DNA from: an uncultured bacterium
GTDB lineage: Bacteria > Vulcanimicrobiota > CADAWZ01
Assembly (NCBI GenBank): GCA_902790465.1
Contig: CADASF010000005.1
Location: 148,622-212,621, forward strand
DNA: 64,000 bases
Direction: 5' to 3'
In this document: positions 29,123-38,447 of the stretch, piece after piece
Layout of the letters: each line of letters starts with the position of its first letter
Position numbering within the stretch: position 1 is the first letter of the stretch
Notes under the pieces: generated by a model
Database searches by the model: none
Seen by the model: the letters and a program-made list of their open reading frames with translations, nothing else
What the model was told of the DNA's origin: nothing
Made by a program: the position numbers and the translations under genes

Positions 29123-30529
29123 ATGGGATTAATAAAAGCAGGAATTGATGCTGTAATGGGAACTTTAAAAGACCAATGGAAAGAATATTTCTATTGTGAA
29201 GCTCTTCCAGTTGATGTACTTGTAAGTAAAGGACAAAAGAAAGTACAAAGAGGCGGAAATAAAGGTGATGACAATGCTATAAGTGATGGTTCAGTAATTG
29301 CTGTAGCAGACGGTCAATTTATTATAATTGTTGAAAATGGACTTATTGTAGATTTTTCAGGAGAACCTGGAGAATTTGTATATAGAAACAATGTACAACC
29401 CAGTCTTTTTTCAGGAGAGGATGGTCTTGGTGAAAAATTGAAAAAGACTTTCTCTCAAATTGGAAAAAGATTCACATTTGGTGGGGAAACACCAGGAGTT
29501 CAAAGAGTTTATTTCTTCAACAAAAAAGAGATAATGGGAAACAAATATGGCACTCCAAATCCTGTTCCATTCAGAGTTGTTGACAAAAATATTGGATTAG
29601 ATGTTGACATATCAATAAGATGTCATGGTGAGTATTCTTACAGAATAACCGATCCTATGTTATTCTACAAAAATGTTTGTGGAAATGTAGAATATGAATA
29701 TAAGCGTTCACAGATTGACAGCCAGTTAAAATCAGAATTGATGACAGCTCTTCAACCTGCATTTGCAAAAATTTCCGAGATGGGAATAAGATATAGTGCA
29801 CTACCAGGTCACACATTTGAAATTGCAGATGCACTCAACGAAGTTCTTTCTAAGAAATGGAGAGAAAAAAGAGGAATTGAGATAGTTGAATTCGGAGTAA
29901 ATGGAGTAAATGCTTCTCCTGAAGATGAAGCTATGATCAAACAAATGCAGAAAAAAGCTGTCTACAGAAATGCAGATATGGCAATGGCTGGAATGGTAGA
30001 TGCTCAAAATGAAGCATTAGTAGGTGCAGCAAACAATAAAGCAGGAGCTATGCAGGGATTCATGGCAATGAATATGATGCCAGGTGGCGGTGGTGCCAAT
30101 TTGGGTAACCTCATAATGCAACAACAACAGATGCAACAACAGCAACAAATGCAACAGCAAGCTCCTCCAGCAGCTCAAAAAGCAGGTTGGACTTGTTCAT
30201 GTGGTGCTGTAAATACAGCTAAATTCTGTGCTGAATGTGGCAAACCACAACCAGCTCCAAAAGCAAGTTGGACTTGTTCATGTGGTGCTGTAAATACAGG
30301 TAAATTCTGTGCTGAATGTGGTGCAAAACAACCAGCTCCAAAAGCAAGCTGGACTTGTTCATGTGGTGCTGTAAATACAGGCAAATTCTGTGCTGAATGT
30401 GGTGCAAAACAACCACAAGACCTTCACTATAAATGTGATAAATGCGGTTGGGAACCAACACCTGGTGCAAAGATTCCAAAATTCTGTCCAGAATGTGGCG
30501 ATCCAATAAATGAAAACGATTTAGTTTAG
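29123..30529 (+). CDS. SPFH/Band-7-like protein (YdjI-like) with Met/Gln-rich linker and three tandem C-terminal zinc ribbons
   Basis: It has an N-terminal MGLIKAGIDAVMGT SPFH-like domain. The C-terminus repeats WTCSCGAVNTxKFCAECG three times, then a fourth CDKCG...CPECG ribbon. AAGGAGA RBS. Confidence 0.6.
   Translation: MGLIKAGIDAVMGTLKDQWKEYFYCEALPVDVLVSKGQKKVQRGGNKGDDNAISDGSVIAVADGQFIIIVENGLIVDFSGEPGEFVYRNNVQPSLFSGEDGLGEKLKKTFSQIGKRFTFGGETPGVQRVYFFNKKEIMGNKYGTPNPVPFRVVDKNIGLDVDISIRCHGEYSYRITDPMLFYKNVCGNVEYEYKRSQIDSQLKSELMTALQPAFAKISEMGIRYSALPGHTFEIADALNEVLSKKWREKRGIEIVEFGVNGVNASPEDEAMIKQMQKKAVYRNADMAMAGMVDAQNEALVGAANNKAGAMQGFMAMNMMPGGGGANLGNLIMQQQQMQQQQQMQQQAPPAAQKAGWTCSCGAVNTAKFCAECGKPQPAPKASWTCSCGAVNTGKFCAECGAKQPAPKASWTCSCGAVNTGKFCAECGAKQPQDLHYKCDKCGWEPTPGAKIPKFCPECGDPINENDLV
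30178..30414 (+). repeat. Three tandem 81-nt near-identical repeats encoding zinc-ribbon modules
   Basis: Repeat units begin at ~30178, 30259 and 30340, with only a few substitutions between them. Repeat symmetry produces a spurious antisense ORF. Confidence 0.9.
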
Positions 30530-30542
30530 TTAGGATAAAAAA

Positions 30543-31691
30543 ATGGACGAAAACGAACCAAAAATAGAAAAAACAAAAGAAGAAACAGACAGAAAATGTC
30601 CTGACTGTGGTGGAGTTATGGATTTTGATCCTTCTACAGGAGGATTGACATGTCCATATTGTGGTCATCAAGAGGAAATAAAAGTAGGAAAAAAAGTTCA
30701 ACCTACTGGAAAAAGTGAAGATGGCAAAGATAATGAAGAAAATTGGCCAGAAGAAACAAGTGTAAAAGAACAAGATTTTAGTCTTGCAGAAACAAAAGAA
30801 AACTGCGATTGGGGAGCTGCAAAAAAGACTATTATATGTAAATCTTGCGGTGCTGAGTCAATATATGATGAAAATCAAATAGCAAATTCATGCCCATACT
30901 GTGATTCCAACCAAGTAATGGAAGAAAAGGGCAAAAATCAATTAGCACCTGGTGGTGTATGCCCATTTGCTATAAAATCTGACAAAGCAGAAGAAAACTT
31001 CAAAAAGTGGATTAAAAGTCAATTTTGGGCTCCAAATATTGTTCAGAAAAAAGCAAGAGCTGATTCATTTACTGGTGTATATATTCCATATTGGACATTT
31101 GATACAAATACATTTTCAAAATATACTGCTCAATATGGTATTGACTATGAAGAAGAAGATAGCGAAGGAAATAAAACAACTCGTACTGATTGGTATGATA
31201 CAAGAGGTCGCTATAAAGAATTCATAGATGATTTTCCTGTCTGTGCTACAAATAGATATAAAAAAGAACTTTTGAAAAAGATTCTTCCATTTGGTACAGA
31301 TAAAAGTAAACCATATAAACCAGAATATGTGGCAGGATTTATAGCAGAAAGATATACAATAGGTTTAAAAGATGGTTGGGAAGAAGGTCAAAAAGGTATA
31401 ACTGAACATCTAAAAGACAAAATAGAACAAGTTATACGCAAAGAAGAAAATGCAGACCATGTCAGACATCTCAATGTTTCAACTGTTTATAATGATTTGA
31501 AGTACAAATATCTATTGCTTCCTGTTTGGCTTTCATCTTTCAAACATAATGGAAAAATATATAATTTCATGGTAAATGGTGAAACAGGAAAAGTTGGAGG
31601 AGAATGTCCAGTTTCAGGTTGGAAAGTTGCTATTGCTATAGCTATTGCTATATTAGTTCTTTGGTTTTTATTCTCATGTCTTGGAAGTTAA
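30543..31691 (+). CDS. Zinc-ribbon protein with C-terminal TM anchor (YdjG-like partner of SPFH protein)
   Basis: It has paired CxxC motifs (CPDCGG...CPYCGH; CKSCGA...CPYCD) and a C-terminal TM helix VAIAIAIAILVLWFLF. It starts 13 nt after the upstream gene. Confidence 0.5.
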   Translation: MDENEPKIEKTKEETDRKCPDCGGVMDFDPSTGGLTCPYCGHQEEIKVGKKVQPTGKSEDGKDNEENWPEETSVKEQDFSLAETKENCDWGAAKKTIICKSCGAESIYDENQIANSCPYCDSNQVMEEKGKNQLAPGGVCPFAIKSDKAEENFKKWIKSQFWAPNIVQKKARADSFTGVYIPYWTFDTNTFSKYTAQYGIDYEEEDSEGNKTTRTDWYDTRGRYKEFIDDFPVCATNRYKKELLKKILPFGTDKSKPYKPEYVAGFIAERYTIGLKDGWEEGQKGITEHLKDKIEQVIRKEENADHVRHLNVSTVYNDLKYKYLLLPVWLSSFKHNGKIYNFMVNGETGKVGGECPVSGWKVAIAIAIAILVLWFLFSCLGS

Positions 31692-31755
31692 TCTTTGAAG
31701 TAACATAAAAAAAAAGTGGATTGTGAATTTTCACTTTCCACTTTTTTTATTTTAT

Positions 31756-32883
31756 TTATTTTGTAAGCTCGTAGTAATCAACTCTATTATTATCTTTTAT
31801 TACAAGTAGCTTGTTTATTTCTTCAATAAAAGCAACAGGATATGGCTTTGAAAGTGTCAAAACTTTTTGCATTTTTCCATCTTGTCTTAGATATACATTG
31901 AATTCATTGCCTTTTTGACCATAAAACCAAACTCTGCCATCATTGAATATCTTTCCTGCTAAAGGATGTACCTTACTTGATATTTCTGTTTTTTCTCCAT
32001 TTGAAACGAGAAAAACCTTGTTTTCACCTTTATTAGAATTTGTTCCAAATAAGCATTTAGAAGCATCTGAAGATAAATCAAGAGGTTTTATTGCTTGTTT
32101 TGCTCCGTGTAATTTTTTAACTTCTCCATTTTTATTTACTAAAAATATATAATTTACAAAATTTTTATCAGTTGGTTTTGGTCTATTTGTTATTACACAT
32201 AGACAAGAGTCTGATTCATTTGTTTTTACAAAACTTGTCATCAATTTTTTTAGGTCTTCTTTATTTTTTACAATGGTGCTTCCTGTTTTTTCTATAAGTC
32301 CATTTTGTGTAAATACATTTGTCATAGAAAATGGGTCTGTACATATATCCATTATAACTGTATCTCTTACATAATGACCAGTATCCCATTTATCAAGGTA
32401 TGAATAGGCATTTGTATCATTAAAAAATGAAAAAGTAGAAATTGGAGAAATTGCAAATCCTTCTTTATCTTTTGCTGGATTTGAATATACTTCATTCCAT
32501 TTTTTTGTTTTTGTATTTAAAGTCCATAATTTACCAGGATATTTTGAATAGACAAGAGCATTATTGGCATTTGTTGATATAGCAAATTTATTGAAATCTG
32601 TAAAAGGACATGAACCTTCTCTTACTATAGATCTTTTAAAAGGATCATATATATGCCATCTCAACTTTTTTGTTGTTTTATTTCTACCCAAAAAGAATAT
32701 TTCACCTGTTTTTGAAGCTACAGAAGGTGCTAATAATTCATGTTTTATTTGTTCTTGTGTCTTCTGTTCAAGGTTTTCTTTTGTAAAAGATGTTGCTTCT
32801 TTCAAATTAATATCTTTTGCATGGGCAACCATTATTGAAAACAATCCAAAAATACACAAAAATAAAACAGCTATTTTTTTCAT
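31756..32883 (-). CDS. Secreted hypothetical protein (tandem paralog 1)
   Basis: It has a signal peptide MKKIAVLFLCIFGLFSIMVAHA. It is ~65% identical over its full length to the adjacent paralog and is 375 aa long. Confidence 0.55.
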   Translation of the reverse strand: MKKIAVLFLCIFGLFSIMVAHAKDINLKEATSFTKENLEQKTQEQIKHELLAPSVASKTGEIFFLGRNKTTKKLRWHIYDPFKRSIVREGSCPFTDFNKFAISTNANNALVYSKYPGKLWTLNTKTKKWNEVYSNPAKDKEGFAISPISTFSFFNDTNAYSYLDKWDTGHYVRDTVIMDICTDPFSMTNVFTQNGLIEKTGSTIVKNKEDLKKLMTSFVKTNESDSCLCVITNRPKPTDKNFVNYIFLVNKNGEVKKLHGAKQAIKPLDLSSDASKCLFGTNSNKGENKVFLVSNGEKTEISSKVHPLAGKIFNDGRVWFYGQKGNEFNVYLRQDGKMQKVLTLSKPYPVAFIEEINKLLVIKDNNRVDYYELTK

Positions 32884-32899
32884 ATATTTTCTCCTTTAA

Positions 32900-34027
32900 T
32901 TATTTTGTAAGCTCGTAATAATCAGCTCTTTTATTGTCTTTTATTACAAGAAGTTTGTTTACATCTTCAATAAAAGCGACTGGATAAGGCTTTGAAAGAG
33001 TTAAAACTTTTTGCATTTTTCCGTCTTTTCTTAAATATATGTTAAATTCATTTCCTTTTTGACCATAAAACCAAATTCGTCCATCATTAAATATATTTCC
33101 AGATAGAGGATGTATGTTATCAAAAATTTTTATTTTTTCATTGTTTGAAACAAGATAAACTTCGCTTTCTCCTTTTAAAGATATTGTTCCAAACATATAT
33201 TTAGAAGCATCAGAAGAAAGAGCAAGAGGTTTTATCATATTTGGACATCCATGCACTTTTTTTACATTGCCATTTTTATTGACCAAGAATATGTAATTTA
33301 CAAATCCTTTATCTGTCTGTCTTGGTCGATTTGTTATAACACAAAGACATGAATCTGAACTATTTGTTGTTATGAATGTTGTCATCAATTTTTTGATATC
33401 TTCTTTATTTTTGACAATAACATTTCCTGTTTTTTCTATCAATTCTCTTTGGGTATATGTCTTATTCATAGAAAATGGATTTACCGCAATATTAGTTATT
33501 ACTGTATCTCTTACATAATGATCTTTATCCCATTTATCAAGATATGAATAGGCATTTGTATCATTAAAAAATGAAAAAGATGAAATTGGAGAAATTGCAA
33601 GTCCTTCTTTATTGTTTTCAGGATTTGAATAGACTTCATTCCATTTTTTCTTATCTGTATTTAATACCCAAAGTCGCCCTGGATATTTTGAATAAACAAG
33701 AGCATTACCTGCATTTGTTGAAATAGCAAATTTATTAAAATCGGTAAAAGGGCAATCGCCTTCTTTGATAATTTTCTTTTTAAAAGGATTGTAAATGTGC
33801 CATCTTAATTTTTTTGTATTTTTATTCCTGCCAAAAAAGAATATATCACCTGTTTTTGAAGCAAGACATGGACCTAATAAACTATGTTTTATCTGTTCTT
33901 TTGTTTTTTGTTCGAGGTTTTCTTTTGTAAAATATGTAGATTCTTTCAATTCACCTTTTTTTTCAGCTGAAATTGCTGTAGAGAACATAGTAATTATAAG
34001 TAATAACATTACTGCTATTTTTTTCAT
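32900..34027 (-). CDS. Secreted hypothetical protein (tandem paralog 2)
   Basis: It has a signal peptide MKKIAVMLLLIITMFSTAISA and the same length and block structure as paralog 1. Confidence 0.55.
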   Translation of the reverse strand: MKKIAVMLLLIITMFSTAISAEKKGELKESTYFTKENLEQKTKEQIKHSLLGPCLASKTGDIFFFGRNKNTKKLRWHIYNPFKKKIIKEGDCPFTDFNKFAISTNAGNALVYSKYPGRLWVLNTDKKKWNEVYSNPENNKEGLAISPISSFSFFNDTNAYSYLDKWDKDHYVRDTVITNIAVNPFSMNKTYTQRELIEKTGNVIVKNKEDIKKLMTTFITTNSSDSCLCVITNRPRQTDKGFVNYIFLVNKNGNVKKVHGCPNMIKPLALSSDASKYMFGTISLKGESEVYLVSNNEKIKIFDNIHPLSGNIFNDGRIWFYGQKGNEFNIYLRKDGKMQKVLTLSKPYPVAFIEDVNKLLVIKDNKRADYYELTK

Positions 34028-34151
34028 GTAAGAAATCCCCTTATTTGCTTATTTAAATATATTATTTCTTTATTTATTATTTTAAAGCCTTTTTTTTATG
34101 ATATTTTCTGACTTAATAAAATAAAATTTGACAATATCTTCTAAATAAAAA

Positions 34152-34189
34152 AGAGCGAATTTCCAAATTATACAACTTGGAATCGCTCT
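34152..34189 (-). terminator. Terminator downstream of 34208..35209 (reverse strand)
   Basis: AGAGCGAATTTCCAA...TTGGAATCGCTCT is a long stem. On the reverse strand it is followed by a T-run. Confidence 0.6.
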
Positions 34190-34207
34190 ATTTTATTTTA
34201 AATTATA

Positions 34208-35209
34208 TTATGACTCTTGGAATTTTCTTGTTGAAGAAACTGCTGGCCACCAATCCCAACTTATGTGCATTTGACCATCTTCTGTTTTGTATGAGCTTAC
34301 ATAGTTGCTGTGGTTTGTGGAGATTGCTGTGATACCAAAATCTGCAAGGCTCTTTAATTCTTCTGTCTGGCAAACACCGTCACTGTTGACATCCATCCAA
34401 AGTGCAAGACCTTCAAGTTCTTTTCCTTCTACCCAACCATTTTTGTCTGTATCACAAACTAATGAGAGTTTCTCGTAACCGTCTTCATATCCACCAGCTG
34501 TTCCGAAGAGTTGAAGTGCTGTTTCTACTTTGCCATTTTCTGGTTTTACGAGAAGAGCATCACCTGTGTTTGGTGTTGTCCATTCTGTGTAATCAACATT
34601 TCCATCACCTGTGATATCAAAGAATTTTGCATACTGACCAAAGAATTTTGGAGCATGTTTTGTCCACATACCAAATGCTGTTGATGGTGTGTTGTCATTG
34701 TTGAGGTCGAGCATTATTGGAGATGAATCATAAGCATCTGCTACGAGCTGATATATATCACCTTTTTTGGTTTCTGTAATTGTTTTTGAATTTGTTGTTA
34801 CAACAACTCCGTCAACTACTTTTACTGTTCTTGAAACATTTGAATCAACTTCTGTCCAAGTATTTGTGACTGGAGCAACTGTTGAGCAGGTTGAGTTTGT
34901 CAAATCAATATAGTAATTTACTCCACCTTTAAGGTCTGTAAGAGTCTGGAGATAAGCCCATTCTGAATCAGTATAATCACTTCTATTGAAACCTCTATCC
35001 CAATCGTTCTCTGTCATATTGTCGTGACTTGAACTTTCAGTGATTTCTCTGTTTGCATAAACATGGATATATCTGTGTGTTTTGGTTTGATCAAGTTTTT
35101 GTACCTGATTGTTATTTACTGTTTTGAATTTGTTTGTTGTGCCAGCATAAACAGAACCAGCAGCTAATATTGCTATAGCAGCTAAAGCTATTGTCAATTC
35201 TTTCTTCAT
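34208..35209 (-). CDS. Secreted protein with two C-terminal EF-hand/dockerin-like Ca-binding loops
   Basis: It has a signal peptide. The DTDKNGWVEGKELE and DVNSDGVCQTEELK loops follow the Dx[DN]xDG pattern. A terminator hairpin lies downstream. Confidence 0.5.
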   Translation of the reverse strand: MKKELTIALAAIAILAAGSVYAGTTNKFKTVNNNQVQKLDQTKTHRYIHVYANREITESSSHDNMTENDWDRGFNRSDYTDSEWAYLQTLTDLKGGVNYYIDLTNSTCSTVAPVTNTWTEVDSNVSRTVKVVDGVVVTTNSKTITETKKGDIYQLVADAYDSSPIMLDLNNDNTPSTAFGMWTKHAPKFFGQYAKFFDITGDGNVDYTEWTTPNTGDALLVKPENGKVETALQLFGTAGGYEDGYEKLSLVCDTDKNGWVEGKELEGLALWMDVNSDGVCQTEELKSLADFGITAISTNHSNYVSSYKTEDGQMHISWDWWPAVSSTRKFQES

Positions 35210-35389
35210 AATTTTTATCTCCTTAAAATTTAATTTTTATCTTGTCTATATGATATTCCTAATATATTAACAATTGTTTACAAATTAATTACAAAAATGT
35301 CAAAAACATGTGAAAAAAAATAAACATTTTTTAAAAATAAAAAAGTGTTGCGAAAAAAACGCAACACTTTTGAAAAAAACATATAAAAA

Positions 35390-36487
35390 TTAGAATAATT
35401 CCATTTGTTGAGATTGTTCTTCTATGTCTCTTTCCATAAGATTTAAATCTAAATCATTGATTTCTGAAAAATGTTCATATAGGTCTCTTGCTATATTTTC
35501 TTCATCAGTACCGATTTTAATATCTAAAATTTCTTTCAATATAGAAGCTGAATCTTCTGGAGTCAATGGCTTAAAAGAAGTTGTTCCCCAATTATTTTTT
35601 GTCTTTCCTGTTTGAGTATGGTGATTCCAAAATTTAATTTTTACTGCTTCAGATTTTTTTAATTCAATTCTGTATTTTTCATCAGCAACTATAAATTCAG
35701 ATTCTCCATCTTTTAAAGTTCCTGCTGTCATGAACACTGCAAATACAAACCTATCTTTTTCATCTGTGCTTTTGAATTTTGTAGTCAAGATTACAAGGCT
35801 ATCCTGTAAAATTCCAGCAAGTTTGGATGAATCAATTTTTATTCTCCAATTTTTGAGCAAGTCTTTTTCATTACATATAAACATGTTTGAATCGACGATT
35901 TTTTTGAAATCTTCTTCTTGTATTTCTCCAAATAAAAATTTTTTACATACACATTCAGGAGAGTTACAAATTTTATTATTTCTCTGTTTATTTACATTGT
36001 AATCCATCTGTGATGGGCTACATATTCCACAATATCCCATATTGTCATCAAATTGACCACCATCACAGTAATTAAATTTGATAGCCAAATTTTTTATAGA
36101 ACCTTTTGAACGGCTTTTGGTTTGTTTAGAAACAGTTTTTGTTTCAGTATTTTCAACTACAACATTTTCTTGGGTGGATGTCTTAGTTGCTTCAAGAAGT
36201 TTTGTTGAAGTCTTTTGGGGTTCTATTGGTTGAGAAACATATTGGATCTCTTTTTTCTTTTTAGCTTCAAGAAGCATTTGAGCCTTTTCATGAAGAGCTT
36301 CAATGTCTGCTTTTATTTTTTCTTTAGCTTCTTTGTCTTCTATTGTGAGGAATTTTTCAAATACACTTGGATAAGAAAAAATTTTTTCTTCTTGTCCAAA
36401 AATTACATGTAGATATTTTTCATCACAGCTTTTTATAATTCCCTCGCCAAATACCTTATGGTTAACTTTCTTATCTACTAAACACAC
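35390..36487 (-). CDS. Hypothetical protein with central Cys-rich segment
   Basis: Long ORF with no known motifs. It contains Cys clusters (CDGG...CGIC...CNSPECVC). Confidence 0.45.
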   Translation of the reverse strand: MCLVDKKVNHKVFGEGIIKSCDEKYLHVIFGQEEKIFSYPSVFEKFLTIEDKEAKEKIKADIEALHEKAQMLLEAKKKKEIQYVSQPIEPQKTSTKLLEATKTSTQENVVVENTETKTVSKQTKSRSKGSIKNLAIKFNYCDGGQFDDNMGYCGICSPSQMDYNVNKQRNNKICNSPECVCKKFLFGEIQEEDFKKIVDSNMFICNEKDLLKNWRIKIDSSKLAGILQDSLVILTTKFKSTDEKDRFVFAVFMTAGTLKDGESEFIVADEKYRIELKKSEAVKIKFWNHHTQTGKTKNNWGTTSFKPLTPEDSASILKEILDIKIGTDEENIARDLYEHFSEINDLDLNLMERDIEEQSQQMELF

Positions 36488-36669
36488 TTTGATCTCCTAA
36501 AAAACCAAATTATATTTTGATTTTTATATTATAATTTTAACTTTTATAATTTCACTAAATTTTCTCTTTTTTCCTGCTTATTTGATTTTACAGCAATTTT
36601 CAAAAATACTAGGGCGTGTTGGTAAAGTCCATAAGAAAAATAATAATTATGGCACTTTTTAATACAACT

Positions 36670-38004
36670 TCACTTTTTGTTTGCCGTAAATAATATTGAA
36701 ATTGCAAGTCCAAAAATCATTAAAATTGGATAGAACATATACTGCATTATGGAAAATGAACTAACTGCCACAGATGAAGCAAGACTTGTTGCAATAAGAA
36801 TTTGAGCTCCATATGGGATTACTCCTTGTACACAGCAGGAAGTTATGTCTAATAGACTTGCTGTTCTCTGTGGTGAAACATCGTATTTTTGTGACAATTC
36901 TTTTGCAATTCCTCCAGATGTTATGATTGCAACAGTATTATTTGCTGTAAATAGATTTGTCATTCCTACTAAAAAGCAGATTCCTACTTCACAACTTCTT
37001 TTATCTTTAATTCTTTTTCCTGTTTCTTTGATTATATATGTTATTCCACCATGACTTTTTACAAGAATTAACAGACCGCCTGCAAGCATTGCAACTATAA
37101 GAGTTGTTGCCATTTCAACTGTTCCATCACCTATATAGATAAATCCTGTGAAAATATCAAATATTCCATAACATACCCCTGTAATTATGTTAAATGCTGT
37201 TCCTGCAAGGAGTAGAAACATTACATTTATTCCCAATATTCCACAAATTAAAAGCAATATATATGGGAGAACTTTTATGATGTTATCAAGTCCAATACTT
37301 TCTAAATTTGTTGTCCCTGTTGCATTTGAAAACATTGGCAACATATATATTAAAGCACATAATATAGCAGGTATTGCAACTATTTTAAAGTTACATATCA
37401 TCTTATCTTTCATTTCTACATTTTGACTTCTTGTTGAAGCTATTGTTGTATCTGAAATCAATGAGAGATTATCTCCAAACATTGCTCCACCTACTGTTGC
37501 ACCTATTAATACTGCAGGATTTAACCCTAATGTCTGTGATAGTGATACTGCGATTGGAACTATTGCAGCTATTGTTCCACATGATGTTCCAACAGCAAGA
37601 GATATCAATGCAGATGTAACAAATAATCCAGAAGTTGTTAAATTAGGTGGTATTATATGACAGGCTATTTTGACAGCTGAATCTATTCCACCAACTGCTT
37701 TTGATGTTGCAGTGAATGCTCCTGCTAATATGAATATGAGGCACATTATCATTATGTCTTTGTGTCCCATACCTTGTGCAAATACTTCTAATTTTGTTCC
37801 TAATTTTTCTCTTGTATTTAAAGCTAAAGCAGTTGCAGAAGACATTAAAAATGCAACTGTCATTGGCACTTTGGAAAAATCTTTTGTTGCTATTGCAAAT
37901 CCAAAATAGAATATTACAAAAACTATAAATGGAAGTAATGATCTAAATCCTAATTCACGATATATTTTTGTTTCTTTGTTATCCTGTTCCAATTTGTCCC
38001 TCAT
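36670..38004 (-). CDS. Na+/H+ antiporter NhaC-family membrane transporter
   Basis: It is a ~12-TM polytopic protein. Its 444-aa length and block pattern are consistent with the NhaC family. The call rests on recall of family signatures, not an exact motif. Confidence 0.55.
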   Translation of the reverse strand: MRDKLEQDNKETKIYRELGFRSLLPFIVFVIFYFGFAIATKDFSKVPMTVAFLMSSATALALNTREKLGTKLEVFAQGMGHKDIMIMCLIFILAGAFTATSKAVGGIDSAVKIACHIIPPNLTTSGLFVTSALISLAVGTSCGTIAAIVPIAVSLSQTLGLNPAVLIGATVGGAMFGDNLSLISDTTIASTRSQNVEMKDKMICNFKIVAIPAILCALIYMLPMFSNATGTTNLESIGLDNIIKVLPYILLLICGILGINVMFLLLAGTAFNIITGVCYGIFDIFTGFIYIGDGTVEMATTLIVAMLAGGLLILVKSHGGITYIIKETGKRIKDKRSCEVGICFLVGMTNLFTANNTVAIITSGGIAKELSQKYDVSPQRTASLLDITSCCVQGVIPYGAQILIATSLASSVAVSSFSIMQYMFYPILMIFGLAISILFTANKK

Positions 38005-38014
38005 AAATAAAAAA

Positions 38015-38048
38015 AGGCTAAATGTCCGAAAATTTTGACATTTAGCCT
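38015..38048. terminator. Bidirectional terminator (perfect 12-bp stem)
   Basis: AGGCTAAATGTC-cgaaaatttt-GACATTTAGCCT. T-runs lie on both strands. Confidence 0.75.
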
Positions 38049-38065
38049 TTTCTCGTCCATACTGT

Positions 38066-38434
38066 TTATTTTTCTGTCATGTATCGCCCTATTTCAATAA
38101 ATGAAGCATAGCCTTCGCTGTCAACTTTTGCATTGATTCTTATGCCTTCTTTTAAAGCTGATTTAGATGGGCGATAGTCTGTTATTTTGTCTATTTTTAC
38201 TTTTACTGTTTGGTTGTCATCTGTTTTTATGATTATGTATCTATCCCAATTAACAGATGTATCAATTTTTTCAACAGTTCCAAAATATTCTTTTACCCAA
38301 GTTCTTCCATAATTAGCTCTTGTTCTCATTCCTGTATCTCTATGGGTATAATCTGTAAATATGATGAGATTTTGAGCAAATGAAATAGACGATAATAAAA
38401 TTATAAAAGCAAAAATTGCAATTAGTCGTTTCAT
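38066..38434 (-). CDS. Small secreted hypothetical protein
   Basis: It has a signal peptide MKRLIAIFAFIILLSSISFA. It is flanked by a perfect 12-bp-stem terminator. Confidence 0.5.
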   Translation of the reverse strand: MKRLIAIFAFIILLSSISFAQNLIIFTDYTHRDTGMRTRANYGRTWVKEYFGTVEKIDTSVNWDRYIIIKTDDNQTVKVKIDKITDYRPSKSALKEGIRINAKVDSEGYASFIEIGRYMTEK

Positions 38435-38447
38435 TTTTTAGTCCTTT

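Noticed and set aside
30175-30773. Reverse-strand ORFs (69 and 184 aa) antisense to the zinc-ribbon repeats
   Set aside because: They are created by the internal symmetry of three near-identical 81-nt repeats. They lie antisense to a well-supported gene and have no RBS.
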